Positions 19,667-30,635 of a stretch of 64,000 bases of DNA are shown one piece after another. The notes beneath the pieces are model-generated. The model had not been told where the DNA came from and did not search any database. It saw nothing but the letters and a program-made list of their open reading frames with translations. Position 1 is the first letter of the stretch; each line of letters begins with the position of its first letter. The stretch is taken from the NCBI GenBank assembly GCA_023622945.1, contig JAMNYG010000144.1, positions 8,520 through 72,519 of the forward strand. Direction: 5' to 3'. Source of the stretch: Bacillota bacterium (GTDB lineage: Bacteria > Bacillota > Clostridia > Acetivibrionales > JAMNYG01). The translations under genes were made by a program, and so were the position numbers.

Positions 19667-21213
19667 TGTTCAAATCCATATTCAGCAAGCTGATAACCGT
19701 ATTTATTGCAGTGCTCCTTTTCAGCTTTCTCCTGGCAGGAATTACCCTGTATTATTTTCTTGACGGCTTTGTCACAAATGAAAAGGTGGAAGCATTGGAA
19801 GAGAGCGGAGAGGCAATAAGCAGGATATACCAGTTTTATGTAGACAGCTATATAAACAATTTTGAAAGCACCATAGCCCGAATGCTGATACAAAGCCAGT
19901 TCATGTCATTTCTTGAGATGTACAGCAAGAATACCAATTCATTGATATGGCTGGTGGATTCAAACGGGCGCATAATGTTTTCGGTTCCCGACCTGCCTTC
20001 CCAGGTCAAGACCGAACTCAGGGATCCTTCAGGAAATCTGCAGCTGCCCGATCAGAGGCAGTACGAGAGGGTTATGTCAGGTCCTACCACCGTAAAGGAA
20101 CTTGGTAACTTTTACGGTTTTTTCAAGAATGAAGCCTTTGCAAGGTACGGCGATTCATGGCTGACGGTACAGAAGTCATTTAAGTATAATATGTTGGGAC
20201 AAAATATGGAAATGATTGCTGCGGTTTATCTTCATACTCCCGTACCGGAAGTTAAGAAGGCAAGAACCGAAGTGCTGAAGCTGTTTGCATTGTCGGGTAT
20301 GGTTTCTGCGGCGGTTTCGGCAGTTCTGTCGTATATTTTTTCCTTAAGGATCACAAAACCCCTTATGGAAATAACCAATGCGGCAAAAGTGATCGCAGGA
20401 GGAGATTTTAAACAGAGAATAAAAATAAGTTCAAACGATGAAATAGGGAAGCTGGCAAGCAGTTTTAACCAAATGATAACAGCATTGCAGAACATTGAAG
20501 AAATGAGGAGAGGGTTCATTGCCAATGTATCTCATGAACTTAGGACTCCCATGACCTCAATACGCGGCTTTATTGAAGGAATACTGGATGGAACCGTGCC
20601 ACCTGAGAAACAAAAGGAATACCTTGAAATTGTCAGAAATGAAACCGACAGGCTCAACAGGCTGGTAAACGACCTGCTGGACCTTGCAAGGAGGGAGGCC
20701 GGTGAAACAAAGCTGAACTTTAAAAATTTCAACATAAATGAAATGTTAAGACAATGCATTATCAAGCTGGAAAGCATGATTGCTGCCAAGAATATACAGG
20801 TGGAGGCAAACTTTGAAGGTGAAGACATATATGTGAAAGCCGACCCTGATTCCATTGAAAGGGTGCTTCTGAACCTTATCCACAATGCTGTTAAATTTAC
20901 CCCTGAACGTGGTACAATTAAGGTAGCGGTAACTCACAACAAGGATAAGGTTTATGTGTCGGTAGAGGATAACGGTATAGGCATAGACGAGGATGAGATT
21001 CCCATGATTTGGGAGAGATTCTATAAGTCAGACAAGTCGAGGAGCAGAGAAGGAGGAGGAACGGGACTTGGCCTTGCCATAGTAAAGAACATTATTAACG
21101 AGCACAAGCAGGAAATCTGGGTGGAAAGCAAGCTTGGAAGAGGGACGAAGTTTACTTTTACCCTGGATAAGAGTTCAAATACACATGTTCCCCAGATTTC
21201 GGGACAGAATTAA
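19663..21213 (+). CDS. HAMP-domain sensor histidine kinase
   Basis: Two TM segments, HAMP, NVSHELRTP, NLIHNAVKF, DNGIG, GTGLGL. Confidence 0.95.
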   Translation: MMFKSIFSKLITVFIAVLLFSFLLAGITLYYFLDGFVTNEKVEALEESGEAISRIYQFYVDSYINNFESTIARMLIQSQFMSFLEMYSKNTNSLIWLVDSNGRIMFSVPDLPSQVKTELRDPSGNLQLPDQRQYERVMSGPTTVKELGNFYGFFKNEAFARYGDSWLTVQKSFKYNMLGQNMEMIAAVYLHTPVPEVKKARTEVLKLFALSGMVSAAVSAVLSYIFSLRITKPLMEITNAAKVIAGGDFKQRIKISSNDEIGKLASSFNQMITALQNIEEMRRGFIANVSHELRTPMTSIRGFIEGILDGTVPPEKQKEYLEIVRNETDRLNRLVNDLLDLARREAGETKLNFKNFNINEMLRQCIIKLESMIAAKNIQVEANFEGEDIYVKADPDSIERVLLNLIHNAVKFTPERGTIKVAVTHNKDKVYVSVEDNGIGIDEDEIPMIWERFYKSDKSRSREGGGTGLGLAIVKNIINEHKQEIWVESKLGRGTKFTFTLDKSSNTHVPQISGQN

Positions 21214-21284
21214 CATTTTATTCACAGTTTTTTCAAATTCTTTTTCTACACTTTAAACAAGAATAAACCAAAAGGAAAGGAGAG

Positions 21285-22667
21285 ATGGCTGTGGACGAGT
21301 TCAACCTGAACAATAACGGGTCAGATAACAATACATTGGGAAATACCGGATTCAGCAGCGGCAGCGGAAATTTGCTTCCACAGAGACAAAGCCCCTGGAA
21401 GTCGGATAATATGGAGACATTTTACTCCAAGAAATATAAGAAATCACGTAAACCCAGAAATTTTGGCCTGGTACAGCTGATAGCGGTAGCCCTCATCAGC
21501 TCAATTATGGGAGGATTTGCTTTCGGAGCATTTTTCCTCACGGTGGCCCCAAACCTTCAGCCGGAGATTAAAAGCTATATAAATGAAACATTTTTCGGCG
21601 GAACCTTGCAGAATGTACCAGCCACCAGCACCGACAGCATCAAGAAAGTTGAGATAATAAACGAGAAATCTGATTCGGTTGTGACGGCTGTTGCTGAAAA
21701 AGTCGGCCCTTCAGTTGTGGGAATCAGGGTTACATCCAAAGTAGTGAACTTTTTCTTCGGAGAACAGGAACGCTCTGGTGAAGGTTCAGGCATAATAATG
21801 AAGGAAGACGGATACATCCTGACCAATTATCATGTCATCGCCAATGCCCTTGACCAGAGGGGCAAACAGCGAAGCGATGCAAAAATTGAAGTGTTCCTGA
21901 CAAGCAAGGACGATAAACCTTATGAAGCAACCATAGTTGGTTATGACTGGAGAACCGACCTTGCGGTTATAAAAATCAATGCAACCGGTCTTCAGGCAGC
22001 AGAATTCGGAGATTCGGACAAACTAAAAGTAGGCGAGCTGGCCATCGCTATCGGTAATCCGGGCGGACTTGAATTCATGGGATCGGTGACGGTAGGAGTA
22101 ATAAGCGGGCTTAACAGGACCATATCCCTTGAAGGCACGGCCGGAAGCTCGGCTTTGAAACAGTTGAAACTGATCCAGACGGATGCTGCCATTAACCCCG
22201 GAAACAGCGGAGGAGCACTGGTTAACTCCAAAGGAGAGGTCATCGGTGTAAACAGCTCAAAGATAGTGGCCGAAGAGTTTGAAGGAATAGGGTTTGCAAT
22301 ACCTTCTAACACAGCCCTTAAAATAGCAAATGACCTCATAAGTTCCGGATATGTAAGAGGCAGGCCGATACTCGGAGTGATACCTGATACAACATTCACA
22401 GAAGATGTAGCAAAAAGGTTCAATGTTCCGGCAGGCGTCCTGGTAGAAGAGGTTGTCCCCTTCAGCGGTGCTTATGAGGCTGGAATTAAGAAAGGAGATA
22501 TAATAACCAGGTTTGACGGACAGCCCGTAAAGAACAGGTACGAGCTGGATGAATTAAGAGACAGACATGCGGTCGGAGATATTGTGGAGGTTGAGATTTA
22601 CAGATATTCAGACAAGAAGTACTATACTCTTAAGGTGAAGCTTTCCGAGGATACGGGCAACAATTGA
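21285..22667 (+). CDS. htrA: HtrA/DegP-family serine protease with PDZ domain
   Basis: TM anchor, TNYHV, DLAVIK, QTDAAINPGNSGG, C-terminal PDZ. Confidence 0.92.
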   Translation: MAVDEFNLNNNGSDNNTLGNTGFSSGSGNLLPQRQSPWKSDNMETFYSKKYKKSRKPRNFGLVQLIAVALISSIMGGFAFGAFFLTVAPNLQPEIKSYINETFFGGTLQNVPATSTDSIKKVEIINEKSDSVVTAVAEKVGPSVVGIRVTSKVVNFFFGEQERSGEGSGIIMKEDGYILTNYHVIANALDQRGKQRSDAKIEVFLTSKDDKPYEATIVGYDWRTDLAVIKINATGLQAAEFGDSDKLKVGELAIAIGNPGGLEFMGSVTVGVISGLNRTISLEGTAGSSALKQLKLIQTDAAINPGNSGGALVNSKGEVIGVNSSKIVAEEFEGIGFAIPSNTALKIANDLISSGYVRGRPILGVIPDTTFTEDVAKRFNVPAGVLVEEVVPFSGAYEAGIKKGDIITRFDGQPVKNRYELDELRDRHAVGDIVEVEIYRYSDKKYYTLKVKLSEDTGNN

Positions 22668-22758
22668 TAAACAGCAATTGAATATTGGAAATGAATACAT
22701 TGGACACTGGAAATGGACAGATAAACGACAGTGGGACATTAAAAAAAGAATATATTAA

Positions 22759-22794
22759 CGGCAGGGCAGATGGTGCTGTCCTGCCGAATTTTTG
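22759..22794 (+). terminator. Intrinsic terminator after htrA
   Basis: CGGCAGGGCAG...CTGTCCTGCCG followed by AATTTTT. Confidence 0.7.
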
Positions 22795-22989
22795 TAAAGG
22801 AACAAAGATTTGATTTTGTTTGTATACCTTTCCCCTGATTTATGCACAAAGGGTCATCATCTTGGTTTTGGAAGGTTTTAAATCCACCGTTGCATGCTAT
22901 AATTAAACCAGTTGTGTGCTATAATTAAACCATACAGAGAACATGAGACAAGTTTCGGGAAATATCGAGGAAAAACAGGAGATACGGTA

Positions 22990-23670
22990 ATGAGAACAAC
23001 AACACATATTATTGATAAAAAAACGGTTGATGAAATACTGAAAGCTCTGTCCGAGACATATCCTGAGGCTCACTGCGAACTGCATTACAGGACCCCGTTC
23101 CAGCTGCTGGTGGCTACCATGCTCAGCGCCCAGTCTACAGACAAAACCGTTAACAAGGTTACCGACAGGTTGTTTGTCAGATATCCCGGGCTTAAGGAAT
23201 TTCTCCGGCTGAGTCAGGAAGAACTGGAGAAGGAAATTAAGGAAATAGGATTATACAGAAACAAGGCAAAGAACATACTGACGATGTGCAGGGAGCTTGC
23301 CGAAAGGTTTAACGGGGAAGTACCGGCCAATTTGGATGATCTTACGTCATTACCCGGAGTGGGAAGAAAAACGGCCAATGTAGTATTGAGCAATGCCTTC
23401 GGAGTTCCGGCCATCGCAGTGGACACGCATGTTTTCAGGGTGTCAAACCGGATAGGACTTGCGCAAAGTGAAACTGTGGACGGAACCGAGAAGCAGCTTA
23501 TGGAAAACATACCCCGTGACAAATGGTCAATTGCCCATCAGTGGCTTGTCTGGCACGGAAGAAGAATATGCAATGCAAGGAAACCCAGGTGCGAAATTTG
23601 TCCCCTGACTTCCTACTGCAGGTATTTCAAGTCAAAGGTGCAGGAAGGAAATGATAATGAAGTGAATTGA
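22990..23670 (+). CDS. nth: Endonuclease III
   Basis: LSAQSTD, LPGVGRKTANVV, AVDTHV, C-x6-C-x2-C-x5-C iron-sulfur motif. Confidence 0.96.
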   Translation: MRTTTHIIDKKTVDEILKALSETYPEAHCELHYRTPFQLLVATMLSAQSTDKTVNKVTDRLFVRYPGLKEFLRLSQEELEKEIKEIGLYRNKAKNILTMCRELAERFNGEVPANLDDLTSLPGVGRKTANVVLSNAFGVPAIAVDTHVFRVSNRIGLAQSETVDGTEKQLMENIPRDKWSIAHQWLVWHGRRICNARKPRCEICPLTSYCRYFKSKVQEGNDNEVN

Positions 23671-23778
23671 TACCTCATATTAATATCCGGTAATGAAAAG
23701 GAGCAATATCTTATCCTGTGCAAAGAGAAACAATTATAATGTGAAACAATACCTGAAAAGAAGGGAATTTATATATCT

Positions 23779-24471
23779 TCAGGAGACCTTGAAGGAGTTT
23801 ACAATCCTGGCGAATATTTGGGAATGGGATTCGTCCCACTGGCTTTGGGGGACGAAGTAGCTTATCCTGTACATCCTGTTGCCTTTTTTCAGGAACACTT
23901 CGTGGCCTCTGTACATTTCACCGGAGCCACCCAAAAGGGCAAAATCCCAGAAGTAGCCGTTAAGTTGGTTTATGGTTATGGGTTTTTCCTGGAAACTGGT
24001 ATAATTTTGCATTGCTCCTTCCTTTGATGCCTCGAGGAATTCCTCAAGGGAATAGGGCAGGTCCCATACCTGAACGAAACCATGGGCTCCGTTGGACTTT
24101 TCCTGGAATTCTATATGATAAAGTATTTCACTCCCGGCAAAATCCCTGATGCTTAAGACGTAGATGGAGGGATATTGAAAGCTGAATTTTCCGGTAATGG
24201 AATTATAAGTTGAGAATTTGAGCTGATTGGGTTTTGAAAAAGCCAGGTTGGTTTCAATGCTGGCATAAGCAACTTTTTCATTAATGTATATATTATCTAT
24301 GCTGAAGGTAAAAGGGTATGAGAAATTTATCTGCCCGTTTATGGTTATTGTAAAAAGCAGGTTGGTACGGGCGATATAACTGCCGATAAACAACACCGCC
24401 GTCCAGAACAGGATAAATATTAAAAGAAACATCAGCTTCCTTTTGTACTGAGTGACAATTATAAGATACAT
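23779..24471 (-). CDS. Membrane-anchored PsbP/DcrB-like protein
   Basis: N-terminal TM helix; FSFQYP motif and C-terminal IFARIVNSFK pattern. Confidence 0.55.
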   Translation of the reverse strand: MYLIIVTQYKRKLMFLLIFILFWTAVLFIGSYIARTNLLFTITINGQINFSYPFTFSIDNIYINEKVAYASIETNLAFSKPNQLKFSTYNSITGKFSFQYPSIYVLSIRDFAGSEILYHIEFQEKSNGAHGFVQVWDLPYSLEEFLEASKEGAMQNYTSFQEKPITINQLNGYFWDFALLGGSGEMYRGHEVFLKKGNRMYRISYFVPQSQWDESHSQIFARIVNSFKVS

Positions 24472-24714
24472 GGCGATACAACCTCAATACACAATATATT
24501 TTCAAAAAGGCAGGAGTAGAACTTTTTTGAGGGAAATTTTTGAAGTAGCGGGCTATATCTATCACCAATTTGCTGATTTTGAATATATTAATAGTGTCGA
24601 TTCCTTTTTATGAAGGGGGAAGGTTCCTTGAGGATTTTGGTGATCAAAATGCCCAGATTTCTTGGAAATATACTCAAAAAGGTACTCAGGATGGGATAAA
24701 AGCATAGAAGCACA

Positions 24715-24746
24715 AATAAAAAAAGCGTTTCAACGCTTTTTTTATT
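24715..24746 (-). terminator. Terminator-like palindrome downstream of rpmB
   Basis: AATAAAAAAAGCGTT-TC-AACGCTTTTTTTATT. Confidence 0.65.
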
Positions 24747-24861
24747 GATGATATAAACGTATAGAAATTGTGATTACATATAACCATTAAGTAACTGGAT
24801 TGCTTTAATGAATTGAGACACTTCCCGCATAAACAGGGAAGTGTCATTGCTTTTATTCAAC

Positions 24862-25050
24862 TTATATAGCTCTGGTCACCTTGTTGGAACGCAGACACCT
24901 TGTACAAACATAAGCTGACTTAGCAATCCCGTCTTGTACGATCCTGACTTTTCTTACATTGGGTTTCCATGTTCTCTTTGTCTTGTTTTCTGCGTGGCTC
25001 CGGTTGTTACCGAATATTGTTGACTTAGAACAAATGCTGCATTTTGCCAT
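24862..25050 (-). CDS. rpmB: 50S ribosomal protein L28
   Basis: MAKCSIC...GNNRSHA...KRTWKPN...CTRCLRS; AGGAGG RBS. Confidence 0.96.
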   Translation of the reverse strand: MAKCSICSKSTIFGNNRSHAENKTKRTWKPNVRKVRIVQDGIAKSAYVCTRCLRSNKVTRAI

Positions 25051-25326
25051 TTATGCTACACCTCCTTTGGACGGGAGAAATATCATTGTCATATTGTAAA
25101 TTCAAAAAATCACAGCACCAATAATCATAACACATAATCGTTGCAAGCTGCAAGTTTTTTTTACAACTTAATAACAATTAACCTGTATTTCTAGCCAATG
25201 GCAATTATATGTATTAGAATTATATATACCGGAATTAAATATAGCACAGGCATTAACAGGAAACAGGCGTTAACCGGAATCCGTACTGGCGCCTGGAAGC
25301 ATACCGGCAGGTGGTAGGTAAGGATA

Positions 25327-27408
25327 ATGGTTGAGGATGCGGATGCAATACTTAACAAACCCATCCGATATGTAAAAGGTGTTGGGGCATCTCGAGCTGC
25401 ATTGTTCAATAAACTTGGAGTGTATACCGTCAGTGACATGATATCTTATTTCCCGAGAAGCTATGAAGACAGGAGCAATCTGAAGAAGATCAGCCAACTG
25501 ACGGATGGGGAGTTTTGCGCTTTTGAGGGCACAGTGATCTCAACCGTCACCGAAAGCAAACCCAGAAAAGGCCTTACCATTTATAAACTTTATGTCGGTG
25601 ATGAGACCGGTACCATAATCGCCACGTGGTATAACCAGCACTATATAAAAAAGGCATTTAAGCTTAATGAGAGATACGTATTTTATGGAAAAATAAGCCG
25701 CAGATACAGAAGTTTTGAGGTGCTCAACCCGGTATATGAAAAGATTGACGGCCGGGAAATGAAGAATACCTGCAGAATAGTTCCCGTATATCCTGCCACT
25801 GCCCGATTAACTCAAAACGTGATAAGGCAGGTAATAGAAAACGCTCTTGAGCTGGTAATTGGCAAGCTGGAAGATACCCTGCCGCGGTGGTTGAGGAACA
25901 GGTACCGTTTGTGTGAATACAATTACGCAATACAAAACATCCATTTTCCGGACAGCGGTGAGGATTTCAGGAATGCAAGATACAGGCTGGTTTTTGAGGA
26001 ATTATTGCTGTTGCAGCTTGGGCTTCTGAGTATCAGGAATTCCCTTGAAGAAAACAGAAAAGGCATTCAGTTTTCCAAAGTCCATGAAATGGAGAGTTTT
26101 GTTGAAAGCTTGCCTTTCAGGCTGACGGAAGCCCAGAGGAGAGTTTTTTCCGAAATAGAAAAGGACATGGAAAGCAGCAAGGTAATGAACAGGCTGGTAC
26201 AGGGGGATGTAGGCTCGGGTAAGACCATAGTGGCCGTTCTGGCATTGTTCAAAGCCGTAAAAAGCGGATATCAGGGAGCGCTAATGGTGCCTACTGAAAT
26301 TCTGGCTGAACAGCATTACAAATCTGTAAAAAGCCTTTTTGAAGGCCGGGGAATAAGAACCGCATTGCTTACGGGAAGCCTTGGCAGGAAACAAAAGGGC
26401 GAAATATTGGCAGGTATTGCAGACGGAAGCATTGATGTAGTGATTGGTACTCATGCATTGATAGAGGACCAGGTGAAATTCCACCGCCTGGGGCTTGTTG
26501 TCACGGACGAGCAGCACAGGTTTGGAGTAAGGCAAAGAGCCGTACTTTCTCAAAAGGGAGTTAATCCTGATGTGCTTGTAATGACTGCCACACCCATACC
26601 AAGGACTCTGGCCCTGATACTGTATGGAGATCTGGATATTTCCATAATTGATGAACTGCCTCCCGGGCGCAAGCCGGTAAAGACATATGTTGTCAACGAA
26701 AAGATGAGGGAGAGGGTTAACAATTTCATCAGGAAACTGGTCCGTGAAGGGAGGCAGGTTTACATTGTCTGTCCCCTTGTGGAAGAAAGTGATGCAATTG
26801 AAGCAAAATCAGCACTGGAGCTGGCTGAAAGGATAGCAAACCACGATTTTAAAGACCTTAGGGTAGGCCTGATCCACGGAAAAATGAAAGCTTCTGAAAA
26901 AGACAAGGTGATGAGGGAATTTGTGGAAGGGAAAATAAGCATCCTGGTGTCAACCACTGTGATAGAAGTTGGGGTAAATGTTCCCAATGCCACTTTAATG
27001 GTAATAGAGAATGCAGAAAGGTTTGGCCTTTCTCAGCTGCACCAGCTTAGGGGCAGAGTGGGAAGAGGAGATCACCAGTCCTATTGCATTATGTACAATG
27101 AAGGGAAAACCCAGGTTTCGGTCCAAAGGATGAAGGTAATGGAGGAAACCTGCGATGGGTTTGTCATTTCCGAAAAGGATCTTGAGCTTCGCGGACCGGG
27201 AGAATTTTTCGGCACCAGGCAGCATGGACTGCCGGATCTGAAAATAGCTAATTTATACCAGGATATGGATGTACTGAAAAAGGCTCAGGAGGCGGCCCAG
27301 GAAATCCTGAAAAAAGACCCGATGTTGAAAGAGGATGAAAACAGGCTGCTGAAGAAACGGATAAAAGAAATTTTCTTCGACAAGATGGACCAACTGAGCC
27401 TGAATTAA
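25327..27408 (+). CDS. recG: ATP-dependent DNA helicase RecG
   Basis: QGDVGSGKT, DEQHRFG, MTATPIPRT, QLHQLRGRVGRG, RGPGEFFG. Confidence 0.98.
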   Translation: MVEDADAILNKPIRYVKGVGASRAALFNKLGVYTVSDMISYFPRSYEDRSNLKKISQLTDGEFCAFEGTVISTVTESKPRKGLTIYKLYVGDETGTIIATWYNQHYIKKAFKLNERYVFYGKISRRYRSFEVLNPVYEKIDGREMKNTCRIVPVYPATARLTQNVIRQVIENALELVIGKLEDTLPRWLRNRYRLCEYNYAIQNIHFPDSGEDFRNARYRLVFEELLLLQLGLLSIRNSLEENRKGIQFSKVHEMESFVESLPFRLTEAQRRVFSEIEKDMESSKVMNRLVQGDVGSGKTIVAVLALFKAVKSGYQGALMVPTEILAEQHYKSVKSLFEGRGIRTALLTGSLGRKQKGEILAGIADGSIDVVIGTHALIEDQVKFHRLGLVVTDEQHRFGVRQRAVLSQKGVNPDVLVMTATPIPRTLALILYGDLDISIIDELPPGRKPVKTYVVNEKMRERVNNFIRKLVREGRQVYIVCPLVEESDAIEAKSALELAERIANHDFKDLRVGLIHGKMKASEKDKVMREFVEGKISILVSTTVIEVGVNVPNATLMVIENAERFGLSQLHQLRGRVGRGDHQSYCIMYNEGKTQVSVQRMKVMEETCDGFVISEKDLELRGPGEFFGTRQHGLPDLKIANLYQDMDVLKKAQEAAQEILKKDPMLKEDENRLLKKRIKEIFFDKMDQLSLN

Positions 27409-27453
27409 ATGGTTGACAAAAAGGAATCATATTATAAAATAACATTATGAGCA

Positions 27454-28044
27454 ATGTCGAATTTGGAGGAAAATGATATTTTACGTGTAATTTCCGGAAT
27501 TGCAGGCGGTCATAAGCTTAAGACGGTTAAGGGGGATACTACGAGACCTACTGCCGACAGAGTAAAAGAATCGCTCTTTAATATAATTACCGCAATAGTA
27601 CCCAAAGCCGTGGTGCTTGACCTTTATGCCGGCACGGGTAACCTTGGAATTGAGGCTTTAAGCCGAGGAGCCGAGTTGGCTGTTTTTGTTGACAGAAACG
27701 ATGAATGCGTGTCGGTTATAAGGGACAATCTGGCACATACGAAATTAAGCCATAAGGCAAAGATAATGAAAAGTGATGTTTCTTTGGCGATAAAGAGGCT
27801 TTCAAGGTCCAAAATGAAGTTTGATCTGGTATTTATGGATCCTCCATACGGCAAAGGACTTGTACAGAAGACCCTTGAAACCCTTTCAGCCTGTGATATT
27901 TTAAACGAAAATGCCGTTGTGGTGGCAGAGCAAAGCGTCCTGGATCAGGTTCCTGATCGGGCGGGGTGCCTTAAGCTGGTAAGAGAGCAAAAATACGGAG
28001 ACACCAGGCTGTCATTTTACCGCCCTTTCGGAGATTTACCGTAG
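27454..28044 (+). CDS. rsmD: 16S rRNA m2G966 methyltransferase
   Basis: RPTADRVKESLFN, LDLYAGTG, FMDPPY; exact start uncertain. Confidence 0.93.
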   Translation: MSNLEENDILRVISGIAGGHKLKTVKGDTTRPTADRVKESLFNIITAIVPKAVVLDLYAGTGNLGIEALSRGAELAVFVDRNDECVSVIRDNLAHTKLSHKAKIMKSDVSLAIKRLSRSKMKFDLVFMDPPYGKGLVQKTLETLSACDILNENAVVVAEQSVLDQVPDRAGCLKLVREQKYGDTRLSFYRPFGDLP

Positions 28045-28080
28045 AATTTTCCCTGTCCGGTGCAAAGCCGGAAATATAAT

Positions 28081-28590
28081 ATGGATAGGAATGATCAAAA
28101 GTTGAGAATATGTGTTTGCCCCGGAAGTTTCGACCCGATAACCAACGGGCATGTGGATATAATCGACAGAGCGTCTAAGCTTTTTGACAAGGTTATAGTG
28201 GCTGTACTCAATAACGGAAATAAAAGACCGGAATTCACCATTGAGGAGAGGCTGGAGTTTTTGGAATGCGTTTTCAAAGGAAGGCCCGAGATCGAAATAG
28301 ACAGCTTTTCGGGGCTTCTTGTTGACTTTGTCAGGAAAAAGAATGCGTCCATCATCGTAAGAGGCCTCAGGGCTGTGTCGGACTTTGAGTATGAGCTTCA
28401 GATGGCACACCTGAACAAAACATTGGAGCCCAGCATAGAAACACTGTTCATAATGACAAAAATAAGTTATTCCTACCTTAGTTCAAGTATAGTAAGGGAA
28501 CTTGCAAGAAACGGAGGATCAATTGACGGACTGGTACCTGACTGCATCAAGGATAAGGTTCTGGAAAGATTATCACCTAAAAACCGTTAG
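28081..28590 (+). CDS. coaD: Phosphopantetheine adenylyltransferase
   Basis: [31 protein letters not shown]; start may be TTG 28102. Confidence 0.95.
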   Translation: MDRNDQKLRICVCPGSFDPITNGHVDIIDRASKLFDKVIVAVLNNGNKRPEFTIEERLEFLECVFKGRPEIEIDSFSGLLVDFVRKKNASIIVRGLRAVSDFEYELQMAHLNKTLEPSIETLFIMTKISYSYLSSSIVRELARNGGSIDGLVPDCIKDKVLERLSPKNR

Positions 28591-28626
28591 GGTTTTTCAA
28601 CTGGATTAAGCCGGGGAGGATATACA

Positions 28627-29064
28627 ATGGAGATTCTGGCTATTTTGGATACTTTGGAAGACCTGATTGAGAAAAGCATGACCCTTCCTTTTTCCGGAAA
28701 GTGCCTGATAGATAAGGAAGAAGTCCTTGAAATCATCAAGGAGATGAGACTTAAACTTCCTGATGATATCAAGCAGGCAAAATGGGTCAAGGAAGAGAGA
28801 CAGAGAATCCTTTTGGAAGCCCAGAAGGAAGCCAATAATATTATCAAGGATGCCGAAAACAAGATTTCATCTTTGGTTGACGAGCATGAGATTACAAAGA
28901 AGGCATATGAGCAGGCCAACGAAATTGTGGCAAACGCTCAGAAAAACGCCCGGGAGATAAGGCTTGGCACCAGGGAGTATGCCGACAGCATATTGAGAAA
29001 AGTGGAAGAAATATTGAGCGATACTTTGGAGGTTATCAGGGCCAACAGGGAAGAGCTTAAGTGA
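28627..29064 (+). CDS. Conserved coiled-coil protein downstream of coaD
   Basis: LPDDIKQA...AQKEA...GTREYAD helical repeats; GGAGG RBS. Confidence 0.75.
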   Translation: MEILAILDTLEDLIEKSMTLPFSGKCLIDKEEVLEIIKEMRLKLPDDIKQAKWVKEERQRILLEAQKEANNIIKDAENKISSLVDEHEITKKAYEQANEIVANAQKNAREIRLGTREYADSILRKVEEILSDTLEVIRANREELK

Positions 29065-29132
29065 GAAGGACACTTGCAGGCTTCAAAGCGTGTGTACCGG
29101 TTAAATGCATGTTTACCTGTGTAAATGTATGT

Positions 29133-30422
29133 TTACCGGTGCAAGGAAGATCTGCAGATTTTAAGCAGTTTTTCAAGAGATCTGATTGCAGGCAGTATAC
29201 CTGCAAGGAACATAAAAATCGTTAAAAATATCATGAAAAATGAGATAGAACCGAGTACATAATCATACCAAACAGGAGAATGTAATGCGTTTAAGGGGGT
29301 AAACGCCGGTTTTTCCATCATTATACCGAATAAGCCGGCTGTTTTTATGCCTATAACCGTATATATGCACGCAAGAATTCCCTGTAGTGATTTGCCTAAC
29401 AAATATGTTCTTATCCGCATTCCTGTTCCGTGTACTATACTCATAACCTGGGAATGGACGGACAGTCCTCCCCAGCCGACTATAAGGCTTACGGCTGCAA
29501 GTTGCTGAGTAAGGGAAGCTCCTGATGACCTGCTTGCCATTTTGGCTCCTGTAGTGATTTCAAAGATGCCGCTGATGACCGAGACAGAAATTTCACCGTT
29601 AATTCCAAAATGTACGAGAAAGGGCGAAAGAACTGACGAGATCCTGTGAATCACTCCGGTTTCCAGCAAAAGGCTTATTATCACCGAGAAGAAAATGATA
29701 AACCCGCCTATCATCAGCATGGTAGTCACTGAATTCTTTATGGCCTCGCCAAAGGCATTGCCGAAACCCATGCCTTTTTTTTCTGAAAGAAGTTCTTTTT
29801 TGAACCGTGCAAAATATTGCCTGCTGGCAGGAGATGATGTATTTTTCCTGCTGAAAAGTCCGAAGAGTATGCCTACGGTTATGCATGCAAGAACATGGCA
29901 AGCCAGAAGAAGGATACCAGCCTTATGAATTCTGAACATTCCCACGGCAATTGCACCGATGATGAACAAGGGACCTGAATTGTTTGAAAAGGCAAGAAGC
30001 CTTTCCCCCTCTTCTCTTGTTATCAGCTTGTTCTCATACATTCGGGCGGTTATTTTTGCTCCTACCGGATAGCCGCTGGTTATACCCATTAAAAAGGCAA
30101 AAGAACCACAACCCGGAACATTAAACAAAGGGCGCATTACAGGTTCAAGCAAAACACCCGTTGCCCTTACCAGACCGGTGCCGTTCAGCAGTTCGGAAGC
30201 CACAAGAAAAGGGAACAGGGAAGGGAAGACTATATCAAGCCAGAGCTTCAAGCCGTCATAGGCAGATTTCACCGCCGTATCTGAAAGAAATATAAGACAC
30301 AATATAAAGAGCACACAGGCTGCCGGAAGCATCAGCGCCTTGAGATAAACCACTTTAAAAGATCTGACTTTAAAGAAAAACAGTGACAGTATCAACAGGG
30401 CGGGTATGACGTATATATACAT
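29133..30422 (-). CDS. ylbJ: Sporulation integral membrane protein YlbJ
   Basis: VFPSLFPF, MRPLFNVPG, SGYPVGAK, NNSGPLFIIG, EITTG, GGLSVHSQ. Confidence 0.88.
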   Translation of the reverse strand: MYIYVIPALLILSLFFFKVRSFKVVYLKALMLPAACVLFILCLIFLSDTAVKSAYDGLKLWLDIVFPSLFPFLVASELLNGTGLVRATGVLLEPVMRPLFNVPGCGSFAFLMGITSGYPVGAKITARMYENKLITREEGERLLAFSNNSGPLFIIGAIAVGMFRIHKAGILLLACHVLACITVGILFGLFSRKNTSSPASRQYFARFKKELLSEKKGMGFGNAFGEAIKNSVTTMLMIGGFIIFFSVIISLLLETGVIHRISSVLSPFLVHFGINGEISVSVISGIFEITTGAKMASRSSGASLTQQLAAVSLIVGWGGLSVHSQVMSIVHGTGMRIRTYLLGKSLQGILACIYTVIGIKTAGLFGIMMEKPAFTPLNALHSPVWYDYVLGSISFFMIFLTIFMFLAGILPAIRSLEKLLKICRSSLHR

Positions 30423-30511
30423 TTGTGCACCTTGTTTTTAATCATCCTATCATTGAGTTTATTTCGGAACGGGGAAAATATGACAGGATGGGGACGTTTC
30501 TCCGGAAAAAA

Positions 30512-30578
30512 GAAAATGATATGCCGGAATAACAGTATCTAAAGTTTGCCTAAATGTTTTCCGCAGCATATCATTTTC
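30512..30578. repeat. Short copy of the AAATGATATGC/GCATATCATTT inverted-repeat element
   Basis: GAAAATGATATGCCGGAATAACAG...GCATATCATTTTC. Confidence 0.75.
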
Positions 30579-30635
30579 ATTCTGTTTAGAGATGTATCTT
30601 CTTACCTTAACCTTCAGAAATTTACTCCCCTTGCC

